A stretch of DNA of 64,000 nucleotides from assembly GCA_031292675.1 (NCBI GenBank), contig JARLGQ010000073.1:629-64628 (forward strand), read 5' to 3'. The notes below the pieces were generated by a model. It was not told the origin of the DNA. It saw only the letters and a list, made by a program, of their open reading frames with translations, and made no database searches. Within the stretch, counting starts at the first letter, position 1, and each line of letters begins with the position of its first letter. The translations under genes and the position numbers were made by a program. Positions 35,835 to 44,140 of the stretch are shown here, piece by piece. Source of the stretch: Acidimicrobiales bacterium (GTDB lineage: Bacteria > Actinomycetota > Acidimicrobiia > Acidimicrobiales > UBA8190).

Positions 35835-36011
35835 ATGGACCGCTCCGTGGATCAAGGCGGAGGGAACGGCGCCGTCCAAAGCGTCGCCCCGGCCCAGGAC
35901 GGCGGCCCGGCTGACGACGGCGGCTCCGAGGACATCGAGTCCGAGCTCTACTGCTCGACCCGCGAAGCCGGTGTGGGCGCGATCAGCTTCGGTCTGGTCG
36001 CCGACGTCTGA
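35835..36011 (+). CDS. 58-aa acidic ORF (MDRSVDQGGGNGAVQSVAPAQDGGPADDGGSEDIESELYCSTREAGVGAISFGLVADV), hypothetical
   Basis: ATG 35835 is preceded by GGAAGGAGGG with a 4-nt spacer. GC3 is about 86 %. A GC hairpin (CCCGCCC..GGGCGGG) lies just upstream of the SD. Confidence 0.5.
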   Translation: MDRSVDQGGGNGAVQSVAPAQDGGPADDGGSEDIESELYCSTREAGVGAISFGLVADV

Positions 36012-36023
36012 GGCGCTCGAGGC

Positions 36024-36821
36024 TCACCCTTCGAGGCCGGCCAGCCGAGTGAGCAGTCCTTGCCTCACCCCGGGCCAGTCGTCGGCCAGCACCGAGAACA
36101 ACACGGTGTCGCGGACGGTGCCGTCGGCTCGTCGTTGGTATCGGCCCAACGTTCCTTCGTACCGTGCGCCGAGGCGGGCGATGGCGCGCTGGGATCTCGT
36201 GTTGCGCACGTCGGTCTTCAGCTGCACCCGGCCGGCGTCGAGCTCGTCGAAGGCGTAGCCGAGAAGCAGCAACTTGGTGTCGGGGTTGACCGCGCTCGCC
36301 CACACGTCGGGGCGATAGGCGGTGAAGCCGATCTCGAGCCGGGCGTCTCCCACGGCGACTTCGAGATAGCTCGACGTGCCCACGACCGTGCCGGGAACCA
36401 GACCGGCGTGCGAGATCCGGAGGCGTACGACCCAGGGGAACAGGCCCGCCGCCATGCGCCGTTCGAGGAACTCGGCGTAGGAGGCCGGGTCTCGGGGTCG
36501 CCAGGGGAGGTGCACCCACACCCGGTCGTCGTCCAGGGCCTCGAACAAGGCCTCGACATCGCTCTCGAGGTCCACGGGCGTGACCTCGACGGCGCGGCCA
36601 CGCAGCACGGTGTCCGGGGGAGGGGGCCACGCCATCGCCGGCCACACGATGTCTTGTCGCCTGGCGTCGGCCACCGGGGTGAAGTCGGTCACCGGAGGGG
36701 TGTCGTGAGAGTGGGCGTCGGCGCCGGTCACCGCGACATTCTGCTCGACGCGCTCCAGGACGCGCTCCGGGACGTGCTCCAGGACGCGCTCGACGACGTG
36801 CTCCGCGACGCGCTCCACCAT
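36024..36821 (-). CDS. GNAT-family N-acetyltransferase (RimJ/RimL-like)
   Basis: The acetyltransferase core reads TSSYLEVAVGDARLEIGFTAY...QLKTDVRNTRSQRAIARLGARYEGTLR. The start is ambiguous: ATG 36821 would include the tetrapeptide repeat, while ATG 36635 (MAWPPPPD...) would not. Confidence 0.85.
   Translation of the reverse strand: MVERVAEHVVERVLEHVPERVLERVEQNVAVTGADAHSHDTPPVTDFTPVADARRQDIVWPAMAWPPPPDTVLRGRAVEVTPVDLESDVEALFEALDDDRVWVHLPWRPRDPASYAEFLERRMAAGLFPWVVRLRISHAGLVPGTVVGTSSYLEVAVGDARLEIGFTAYRPDVWASAVNPDTKLLLLGYAFDELDAGRVQLKTDVRNTRSQRAIARLGARYEGTLGRYQRRADGTVRDTVLFSVLADDWPGVRQGLLTRLAGLEG
36744..36815. repeat. 12-bp tandem repeat x6 (NNNGACG[C/T]GCTC)
   Basis: The units are CTCGACGCGCTC CAGGACGCGCTC CGGGACGTGCTC CAGGACGCGCTC GACGACGTGCTC CGCGACGCGCTC. 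On the minus strand it encodes (E-[R/H]-V-x)x6 directly after ATG 36821. Confidence 0.9.
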
Positions 36822-36854
36822 GCGGGAAGAGCAGGTACGGGAGGGCGGCGGGGG

Positions 36855-38183
36855 TTACGAAGTGCGCGAGGGCAACAGCTGGCGCAGATGGACGCGCCCG
36901 CCCGTGCGCAGGATGGCCCGCAGGTAGACCGCGGAGGCGAGTCGCGCCACGCCGACGATGGCAACGAGCATCAACCCGACCGACACGGCGAACTCCCACC
37001 ATGTGACCGCCCCCAGCCCGACCATGACCGGCATGGCGAAGGGGGCGGTGGGCGGGAGATAGGCGAGGACCTTGATCAGCGTCGAGGGCTCGCTCGAGCC
37101 GATGGCGGTGATCGAGACGATGTAGCCGAAGAGGATGGGCAGCTGGAGAGGGAAGGCCAGGCTCTGGACCTGCTCCTGGCGGTCCGCCAGTGACCCGCCC
37201 GCGGCGTAGACCCAGCAGTAGAAGGCGTACCCGAGCACCACCCACAGCAGTGAGCTTGCGACTTCGACCGCGGCGGTGCCGTGGATCAGGGTCGAGCCCA
37301 CCGCCGCGCCCAGGCCCAGCGCGACTCCCACGATGAGGGCGGCCTGGAGCAACGCCACCGCCCCGATCCCGATGACCTTGCCGGCGAGCAGCTGTCCGGC
37401 CCGCAACGTCGACAGCAGGACCTCGATGACGCGCGACGACTTCTCCTCCACCACGCCCATGAGGAGCCAGGTGCCGAACTGGGTGAGCAGCACGTAGGTG
37501 AGGATGAGGCCGTAGATCGCCGTCGTACGGGCCGTCTGGTTGTGCGGGGCCGGGTGCAGGCTCTGCACCGGCAGGGGCGGGGGATTGGCGAGGCGCAGGG
37601 CCTGCAACGGGGAGATGCCGGCCTTGACGAGCCCCGACTGCAGGCTGACCGACGACGAGATGATGCGCACCAGCAGCGCAGTGGCCGACGTGTCCGACGG
37701 CTGGAGACCCTGGTCGACGAGGATCCGCTGCGTACCCACCACGACCAGCTCGACGCGCCCCGCCACCAGGGCCCGCCTGGCCGCCGTCACAGAGGGCTCG
37801 GGGACCAGGATCACCTTGGTCCCGAGCGCCGGGCCCGCGGCCAGGACCGTGGCACGCAGCGGCGCCGACAGGGTGCCGACGATCCCGACGTGCTGGACGT
37901 TGTGGCCCTTGCGCAGCACCGGGATCGTCACCGCGGCGGCCACCACCAACAGGATCACGAGCGTCCCGATCCTGAAGGTGCGTCCCTTCACCCGCTCGCG
38001 CACCTCTCGCCGGGCCACGAGGCCGATGTCGCCTCCGAACCTGTCGAGTGCCGCGCCCAGGTGCCGGGTGCGGGCCAGGACCGGGGTCTGCGGTGAACCG
38101 GTGGCACCGGCGCGCCTGCGCATCCGCTGCCACACGCGCAGGGCCACGATCACCACGACGACCCCGATGACGACGTATTTCAC
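36855..38183 (-). CDS. ABC-2 permease (NatB-like)
   Basis: 442 aa from GTG 38183, overlapping the ATPase stop (GTGA). One N-terminal TM helix is followed by a large extracytoplasmic domain and 5 C-terminal TM helices. Confidence 0.85.
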   Translation of the reverse strand: MKYVVIGVVVVIVALRVWQRMRRRAGATGSPQTPVLARTRHLGAALDRFGGDIGLVARREVRERVKGRTFRIGTLVILLVVAAAVTIPVLRKGHNVQHVGIVGTLSAPLRATVLAAGPALGTKVILVPEPSVTAARRALVAGRVELVVVGTQRILVDQGLQPSDTSATALLVRIISSSVSLQSGLVKAGISPLQALRLANPPPLPVQSLHPAPHNQTARTTAIYGLILTYVLLTQFGTWLLMGVVEEKSSRVIEVLLSTLRAGQLLAGKVIGIGAVALLQAALIVGVALGLGAAVGSTLIHGTAAVEVASSLLWVVLGYAFYCWVYAAGGSLADRQEQVQSLAFPLQLPILFGYIVSITAIGSSEPSTLIKVLAYLPPTAPFAMPVMVGLGAVTWWEFAVSVGLMLVAIVGVARLASAVYLRAILRTGGRVHLRQLLPSRTS

Positions 38184-39070
38184 GCCAATGACTCCCGGAA
38201 CACCTCGGAGAGGCGTTGGCGTTCGAATCCGAACTGCTCCACGGGCCCGGCCTTCATGGCGGCTGCCAGGACCGCCTGGGGATCGGTGTCCTCGTCGAGC
38301 ACCAGGCGCACCGCACCCCCCTCGACGCGCGAGATCGTCACGCCCGGGAGCACGGTGGCCCAGGCCCCCGTCCAGTCGCCCTCGACCTTGACCACCAGGC
38401 GGCGACGGCCGCGCGTGGTGAGCTCCTCGACGGTCCCCGTCGCCACCAGGCGGCCCTGGTCGATGATGGCCACCGACTCGCACAGGTCCTCGACGAGGTC
38501 GATCTGGTGGCTCGAGAACAACACGCCCCGTCCGGAGCCGGCTTGCTCCACCAGAACCGCGCTCACCGCGTCGACACCGACGGGGTCGAGGCCCGACAGG
38601 GGTTCGTCGAGCACGAGGAGCTCGGGCTCGTGCACGAGTGCGGCCGCCAGTTGCACCCGCTGCTGGTTCCCGAGCGAGAGGGCCTCGACCTTGCTCGAGG
38701 CGCGGTCGACCACGCCGAGCTTCTCGAGCCAGTGCAGTGCGGCGGCCCTGGCGTCCCCGTGCGGCACGCCGTGGAGCCGTGCCAGGTACTCGATCTGCTC
38801 GACCACCACCATGCCCGGGTACAGCCCCCGTTCCTCGGGCATGTACCCGAAACGCCGGCGGTCGTTCGAGGTCAGCGGGACTCCCTTCCAGCGCACGGCC
38901 CCGGCGTCGAGGGTGACGAGCTCGAACACGGCGCGCATGGCCGTGGTCTTACCGGACCCGTTGGGGCCGAGAAAGCCGAAGACCTGGCCCGTGGGCACGG
39001 TGAACGACAGCCGGTCGAGGGCGACGATGTCTCCGAAGCGCCGGGTGAGCCCATCGAGTTCGAGCGTCAC
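38180..39070 (-). CDS. ABC transporter ATP-binding protein (NatA-like)
   Basis: Walker A is GPNGSGKTT, the signature is LSLGNQQRV and Walker B is LLVLDEPLSGLD. Confidence 0.92.
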   Translation of the reverse strand: MTLELDGLTRRFGDIVALDRLSFTVPTGQVFGFLGPNGSGKTTAMRAVFELVTLDAGAVRWKGVPLTSNDRRRFGYMPEERGLYPGMVVVEQIEYLARLHGVPHGDARAAALHWLEKLGVVDRASSKVEALSLGNQQRVQLAAALVHEPELLVLDEPLSGLDPVGVDAVSAVLVEQAGSGRGVLFSSHQIDLVEDLCESVAIIDQGRLVATGTVEELTTRGRRRLVVKVEGDWTGAWATVLPGVTISRVEGGAVRLVLDEDTDPQAVLAAAMKAGPVEQFGFERQRLSEVFRESLA

Positions 39071-39108
39071 AGGGTCACCTCACTACCACACGAGGAAGCG
39101 GAGCCCTT

Positions 39109-39693
39109 CTAGCCCGTGGTGCCGGGCCAGCGCTCGACGGCGGGCCGCACATGGCGAAGGGCGACGAGGCCCTTCATCAGTCCGACCACGAAGTTCCCGG
39201 CCGTGTCGGCCACGAGCCGCACGATGACGAGGCGGTGCTGCACCAGCGCGCCCGCCACCCACGCCGATTCCATGTCGACCGCCAGCGCGCCGCTGCGGGC
39301 CAACTCGGCCCGGCGCTCGCCGTGGACGAGGGTCTTCGACGACACGATGGGCCCGAGGTGGACGCGTCGTCCCGACGCGCGCAGCGCTGTCGCCACCGCG
39401 TCGGCGTCGGGGCCCGACAGGGGCAGCTCGTTGCCCTCGGGGCCGCGCACCGAGGTGGCCACGACGATCTCTCCGGGTTCGAGGGCGGGATCGAGCCCTC
39501 CCGAGATACCCGCCAGGACGACGGCGGCACCGGGCTCGATTCCCGACGCCAGCGCCTCAGCCGCCGCCCGGGCACGCACGTGGCCCATGCCCGTGCGTAG
39601 CACCTTGCCCCCGAGGGCGAGGGCTTCGAGCCGCATGGCGGCCATGAACGTGGCGGTGCGGGGGGCCGGGGCATCGTGCCCGCCGGCGTTCAA
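39109..39693 (-). CDS. PNP/UDP (PF01048-like) phosphorylase/nucleosidase-family protein
   Basis: The motifs are RLEALAL..KVLRTGMG, AGISGGL.P.LEPGEIVVA and GALAVDMESAWVA. The proposed TTG start at 39693 overlaps the lhr TGA (TTGA). The alternative is ATG 39645. Confidence 0.7.
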   Translation of the reverse strand: MNAGGHDAPAPRTATFMAAMRLEALALGGKVLRTGMGHVRARAAAEALASGIEPGAAVVLAGISGGLDPALEPGEIVVATSVRGPEGNELPLSGPDADAVATALRASGRRVHLGPIVSSKTLVHGERRAELARSGALAVDMESAWVAGALVQHRLVIVRLVADTAGNFVVGLMKGLVALRHVRPAVERWPGTTG

Positions 39694-42600
39694 GCCGAGG
39701 TCGACCAGGCCGGCCGGGCCCCCCGGGGTGGCGTCAGGGTGTGCTCGTCGGGAACGGGCAGGCCGTCGCGGTAGGTGATCGAGTTCGTCCGGACCGCCGT
39801 GACGCGCGCGCCGGGGAGGATGATCCCCACCAGGTTGAGGGGGTCGGCCGCATTGAGCCGGACGGTCTGTCCGCCGCGCTCGGTGCGGCGCACGCGGCGC
39901 AGCTCTTCGACGGCCTCGGGCAGCGCGTACTGCTCGCCGGCCGGCCCCGTCACGAAGCGGCCTCCTCGCACCAGGCCGCGTGCCTCGAGCCTCCGTAGCG
40001 CCCACACCACCTCGCGCCAGGGCAGGGCCAGGCTCTCGCGGGCCATGAGATCCCAGAAGACGACGCCCCACCGGGCCAGCAGCTGCCCGGCCACCTGCTC
40101 GGCGAGCGTCTCCCGGTCGACCCCGTCCTCAGGTGCGACGGTGGGCAACAACGCCCAACGGCCCTCGCCGCCCTCGCGCCAGGTGGGGGACCGGCGCGCG
40201 CCGGCGCGCAACCTCTGCTCGTGGCGCTGGCGCCGTTTCCACGCTTGGCGTGCCGAGAGCAGAGAGCGCACCGCCTGGAACCCGTCGGCGGTGACGATGC
40301 CCCGCGCCACCAGGTCCCACAGCCCTTCCTCCACCTCGACGGGGAGGCGACCCGTGGCGTTGCGCAGCTCCGAATGGAACATGGCCCCCCGGGACCGCAG
40401 GGCGTCCAGCACGTCGCGGGCCGCCCCGTGGACGGGCTCCGCCGGCACGACGTCGCCGCGCGCCGCTCTCAAGAGCCACGGGAGGTCCTCACGCAGGGCG
40501 AACGTGACCGGTGTCGCCCGCGACGGTGTGGCCGATCCCCGGCGCTCGGTGCCCTCGGCATCGGCGGGCCGGGGGGAGAGGCGACCCCAGGCGAGGTCCC
40601 CGGCGTGGCAGAGGTCCTCGAGCCAGCGGTGCTGGTATCCCTCGACGCGCGCCGGCAGGATGGCCTCCTCCCAGGCGCCGGCCGGGATCTCGAAACCCTG
40701 GAGCTGGTCGACCACCGCCAGCACACCGGCACGCCCCTGGCGCTGGGCCCCGGGGGCGACGTGCTGCCAACGCAGGAGGAACCGCACGAGCTCCTGGGCG
40801 GTGACGGGTTCGATGTCGCGCCTCAGACGGTGCTGGGTGTAGGCGTGGATGCGGGCCAGCAGCCGCCGGGAGCACCACTGCTCGTCCTCGACTCCGGGGT
40901 CGAAGGCCCCCCGCATGGCGAAGCCCTCGGCCTCGAGCCTTCCCAGGCCGACCTTGACCCTGGTGGCGGCGAGCCCGGTGCGGGCCGCCAGCTCGGTCAC
41001 CGTCACCGGCCCGGTCACCTCGAGATGGCCCCGCACCGTCTCGGCGGCCACCACGTCGGCGTCGGGCATCTGCGCGCCCCCCGGCGCGTCGTGGGCCCGA
41101 TCGGGGTGGAACACGACACCGGGGAAGGCGGCCTCAACCCACCCCCGGCGTTCCGCGGCGCACCACAGCTCGACGGCGGCGCCCGCGCCGGGCCCGCCCC
41201 CGGCGACGACCGTGGCGGTGGCAGCCCGTCCGGAGTCGGCGAGGGCGCCGTACCACGAGGCGTAGTCGTCCTGGGGGCGCCACACGATGGCGTTGAGCAA
41301 CAGGTCGTGCAGTTCCTCGGGCCCGCGCACGTCGGGTGCGGCCTCGCCCCGCACACGCTCGAGGGCGGCGCCGTCGAGCCGTCCGAGCGCCTCGGCGTGG
41401 AGGGGGAGGCCTCGTCGCAGCTGCACGGCGCGCGTGCGGCGCTCTTCGAGCGGCGCGTCGTCGAGGAACGTGTAGGGCTTGCCGTTGAGGATCTCGTGGG
41501 CCAGTACGGACGGCTCGGTCGAGTCGACGAAGTGCACGCGCACCTCGCCCGTCTCCATTCGGCCGAGAAGGGCGACCAGCCCGTCCACGTCCATGGCCTC
41601 GTGCAGGCAGTCGAGGAGGGTCTGGCGGACCAGGACGTGATCGGGGATCACCACCGGACCACCCGGCGCGTTCTCCTGGCACGCGGCCAGGGCCGGGAAG
41701 ACGGCGGCCATGAGGTCGTCGGCCTCCATGCGTTGGATGGGCAGGGGGTTCTTCTTCCCTCCCCGGAACCGCAGCACCGCCAGGGACCGGTTGAGGTTCC
41801 ACCGCCAGCGGGCCGCGAACATGGGCGACGCCAGCACCGCCTGGCGCAGGACGCCTTCGGCCGTCTCCGATCGCAGCAGGCGCGGGGCGCTGTCGAGAGG
41901 GAAGCTGTGCTGGGGACCGAGCGACAGCACGACGGCGTCGTCGTTGGCGGCCGCCTGCAGCTCGAAGTCGAAAGTGGCGCAGAAGCGCTTGCGCAGTGCC
42001 AGCCCCAGTCCCCGGTTCACGCGCCCGCCCAACGGGGCGTGCACCACCATCTGCATGCCACCGGCCTCGTCGAAGAACCGCTCGAACACGAGGTCGCTGT
42101 GGGTCGGGAGCGTGCCGAGCTCGCCGAGACCGGCCGCCAGGTACTCCACCAGCTGCTGCGCCGCGTCGGGTTCGAGCCCGCACGCCTGCTCGACATGGGA
42201 TCGTGCTGCGTCGAGGACAGGGGGGGCTCCGTCCTGCGTGCTTGAGTCGGTGAGAAGCTCACCTACGGCGCGGCGAAGTTCGGAGACCTCCTCGGACAGC
42301 TCTGCGGTCCGGCTCGGCGCCTCCCCGACCCAGAAGGGGATGGTGGGATGCGCGCCTTCGGCGTCGACCACTCGTACCTCGCCCTGGGTGACGCGGCGGA
42401 TGCGCCATGAGTGTGTCCCCAACAAGAAGACGTCGCCCACCATCGACTCGATGGCGAAGTCCTCGTTCACCGTGCCCACCGGCGTGTCGTCGGGCTCGGC
42501 GACGACGCGGTAGTCGCCCACCTCGGGGATGGCACCGCCGCTCGTCAGCGCGGCCAGGCGCGCCCCGCGTCGCGGGCGCAGCACGGCGTGCACGCCGTCG

Positions 42601-44069
42601 CGGTGCACGTAGGCCATACGCTTGCCGCGGCCGGTGGTGATGCCTTCGGACACGAGCTCGACCACTGCGTCGAACTCCGCGCGCTCGAGCTCGGCGTACG
42701 GAGCCGATCCCCGCACCAGCGCGAAGAGCCCGTCCTCGGTCCATTCCTCGGCCGCGGCCACCTCGGCCACGATCTGTTGGGCCAGGATGTCGAGCGGGGC
42801 GACGGGGGGGCAGGTGGCGTCGAGACGCCCGGCGCGCACCGCGGCCAGGAGCGCGGCGCACTCCACCAGCTCGTCGCGTGTCATGGGATACAGGATCCCT
42901 TCGGGCGTGCCACTGCGCGAGTGGTTGGAGCGCCCCACTCGTTGGAGGAAGGTGGCGATGGCGCGAGGCGATCCCACCTGGCACACGAGCTCGACCGGCC
43001 CGACGTCGATGCCGAGCTCCAAAGATGCCGTGGCCACGAGTGCCCGGAGATCGCCGGCGCGCAGGCGGTCCTCCACGCGCAGGCGTCGGTCCTTGGACAG
43101 GCTGCCGTGGTGGGCGGCCACCTGCTCGGGCCCGAGACGCTCGCCGAGAAGGTGGGCGAGCCGCTCCGACAGCCTCCGTGTGTTGACGAACACCAACGTG
43201 GTGCGGTGCTCGCGCACGTGGTCGGCGATGCGGTCGATCACCTCGCCGAACTGCTCGGTGGACGACACCGCGGCGAGCTCGGAGTCGGGAAGCTCGATGC
43301 GGACATGGAGTCGGCGGGCGTGGCCGCAGTCCACGATGGCGGCCTTGCGGGCCGCACCGGCGCCGGTGAGCAGGCGCGCCGTCTGTTCGATGGGCCGCTG
43401 GGTGGCCGACAGGCCGATGCGCTGGGGCCGGGGGCCGAGCTGGAGATGCTCGAGGCGTTCGAGCGTGATGGCCAGGTGCGAGCCCCGCTTGTCCCGGGCC
43501 AAGGCGTGGATCTCGTCCACGATCACGGTGGACACGTGACCGAGGACGGCCCGGCTCTTCTGCGCCGTGACGAGGAGGTAGAGGCTCTCGGGGGTCGTGA
43601 CCATGAAGGTCGGCGGCGTCTTGACCATGGGGGCGCGGGCGCCCGCGGTGGTGTCGCCGGTGCGCCCCGCGACGGTGACGGGGGGGACGGGAAGGCCGAG
43701 CTGGCGCGCCACCTCGGCGATCTCGGCCAGTGGACGTTCGAGGTTCTGGTGGATGTCGACGGCCAGGGCCTTGAGCGGGGACACGTACACGACGCGCACC
43801 GCCCCCTCGATGTCCTCGCCGCGCTCGGCGGCGCGGTACGCGGCGTCGATGGCCACGAGGAAGCCGGCCAGGGTCTTGCCCGAGCCCGTCGGGGCGGCGA
43901 TGAGTGTGTCGGTGCCCGAGGCGATGAGGGGCCAGCCCTGCTCCTGAGGGGCGGAGGGGCCGTCGGGGAACCGCCGGGCGAACCACGTGGCCACGGCGGG
44001 GTGGAACCCGTCGAGCCCGGCGCGGCCCGCCGGGTCGGCGGGCGGGTCCGTAGAGAGCATCGTGCCCAT
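39690..44069 (-). CDS. lhr: Lhr-type large ATP-dependent DNA helicase (SF2, with C-terminal domain)
   Basis: 1459 aa. Motif I is APTGSGKT, motif II is DEIH and motif VI is QRVGRSNH. An Lhr-like beta-barrel/WH region and a long C-terminal domain follow. GAGGTGATGG lies before ATG 44069. Confidence 0.92.
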   Translation of the reverse strand: MGTMLSTDPPADPAGRAGLDGFHPAVATWFARRFPDGPSAPQEQGWPLIASGTDTLIAAPTGSGKTLAGFLVAIDAAYRAAERGEDIEGAVRVVYVSPLKALAVDIHQNLERPLAEIAEVARQLGLPVPPVTVAGRTGDTTAGARAPMVKTPPTFMVTTPESLYLLVTAQKSRAVLGHVSTVIVDEIHALARDKRGSHLAITLERLEHLQLGPRPQRIGLSATQRPIEQTARLLTGAGAARKAAIVDCGHARRLHVRIELPDSELAAVSSTEQFGEVIDRIADHVREHRTTLVFVNTRRLSERLAHLLGERLGPEQVAAHHGSLSKDRRLRVEDRLRAGDLRALVATASLELGIDVGPVELVCQVGSPRAIATFLQRVGRSNHSRSGTPEGILYPMTRDELVECAALLAAVRAGRLDATCPPVAPLDILAQQIVAEVAAAEEWTEDGLFALVRGSAPYAELERAEFDAVVELVSEGITTGRGKRMAYVHRDGVHAVLRPRRGARLAALTSGGAIPEVGDYRVVAEPDDTPVGTVNEDFAIESMVGDVFLLGTHSWRIRRVTQGEVRVVDAEGAHPTIPFWVGEAPSRTAELSEEVSELRRAVGELLTDSSTQDGAPPVLDAARSHVEQACGLEPDAAQQLVEYLAAGLGELGTLPTHSDLVFERFFDEAGGMQMVVHAPLGGRVNRGLGLALRKRFCATFDFELQAAANDDAVVLSLGPQHSFPLDSAPRLLRSETAEGVLRQAVLASPMFAARWRWNLNRSLAVLRFRGGKKNPLPIQRMEADDLMAAVFPALAACQENAPGGPVVIPDHVLVRQTLLDCLHEAMDVDGLVALLGRMETGEVRVHFVDSTEPSVLAHEILNGKPYTFLDDAPLEERRTRAVQLRRGLPLHAEALGRLDGAALERVRGEAAPDVRGPEELHDLLLNAIVWRPQDDYASWYGALADSGRAATATVVAGGGPGAGAAVELWCAAERRGWVEAAFPGVVFHPDRAHDAPGGAQMPDADVVAAETVRGHLEVTGPVTVTELAARTGLAATRVKVGLGRLEAEGFAMRGAFDPGVEDEQWCSRRLLARIHAYTQHRLRRDIEPVTAQELVRFLLRWQHVAPGAQRQGRAGVLAVVDQLQGFEIPAGAWEEAILPARVEGYQHRWLEDLCHAGDLAWGRLSPRPADAEGTERRGSATPSRATPVTFALREDLPWLLRAARGDVVPAEPVHGAARDVLDALRSRGAMFHSELRNATGRLPVEVEEGLWDLVARGIVTADGFQAVRSLLSARQAWKRRQRHEQRLRAGARRSPTWREGGEGRWALLPTVAPEDGVDRETLAEQVAGQLLARWGVVFWDLMARESLALPWREVVWALRRLEARGLVRGGRFVTGPAGEQYALPEAVEELRRVRRTERGGQTVRLNAADPLNLVGIILPGARVTAVRTNSITYRDGLPVPDEHTLTPPRGARPAWSTSA

Positions 44070-44092
44070 TCCATCACCTCTGTGTGACGCCG

Positions 44093-44121
44093 GTGACCGG
44101 CGCCGGGCCGGCGCCGGTCAC
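44093..44121. promoter_or_regulatory. Perfect 14-1-14 inverted repeat in the lhr / LLM-oxidoreductase divergent region
   Basis: GTGACCGGCGCCGG-G-CCGGCGCCGGTCAC. It lies 24 nt upstream of the lhr ATG and 20 nt upstream of the ATG at 44141. Confidence 0.4.
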
Positions 44122-44140
44122 AATGGGCTAGTAAGGGCGG

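Noticed and set aside
35983-38133. A 716-aa minus-strand ORF rich in Arg/Pro/Gly.
   Set aside because: It lies in an alternative frame overlapping the GNAT and NatB-like permease genes, which have clear motifs and TM helices. The composition is junk, with no start-site signals.
40221-44087. Several 500-670-aa ORFs (40221..42245 +, 42411..44087 +, 42259..43986 -, 41134..42183 -).
   Set aside because: All are antisense or out-of-frame shadows of the 1459-aa Lhr gene, which carries the helicase motifs.
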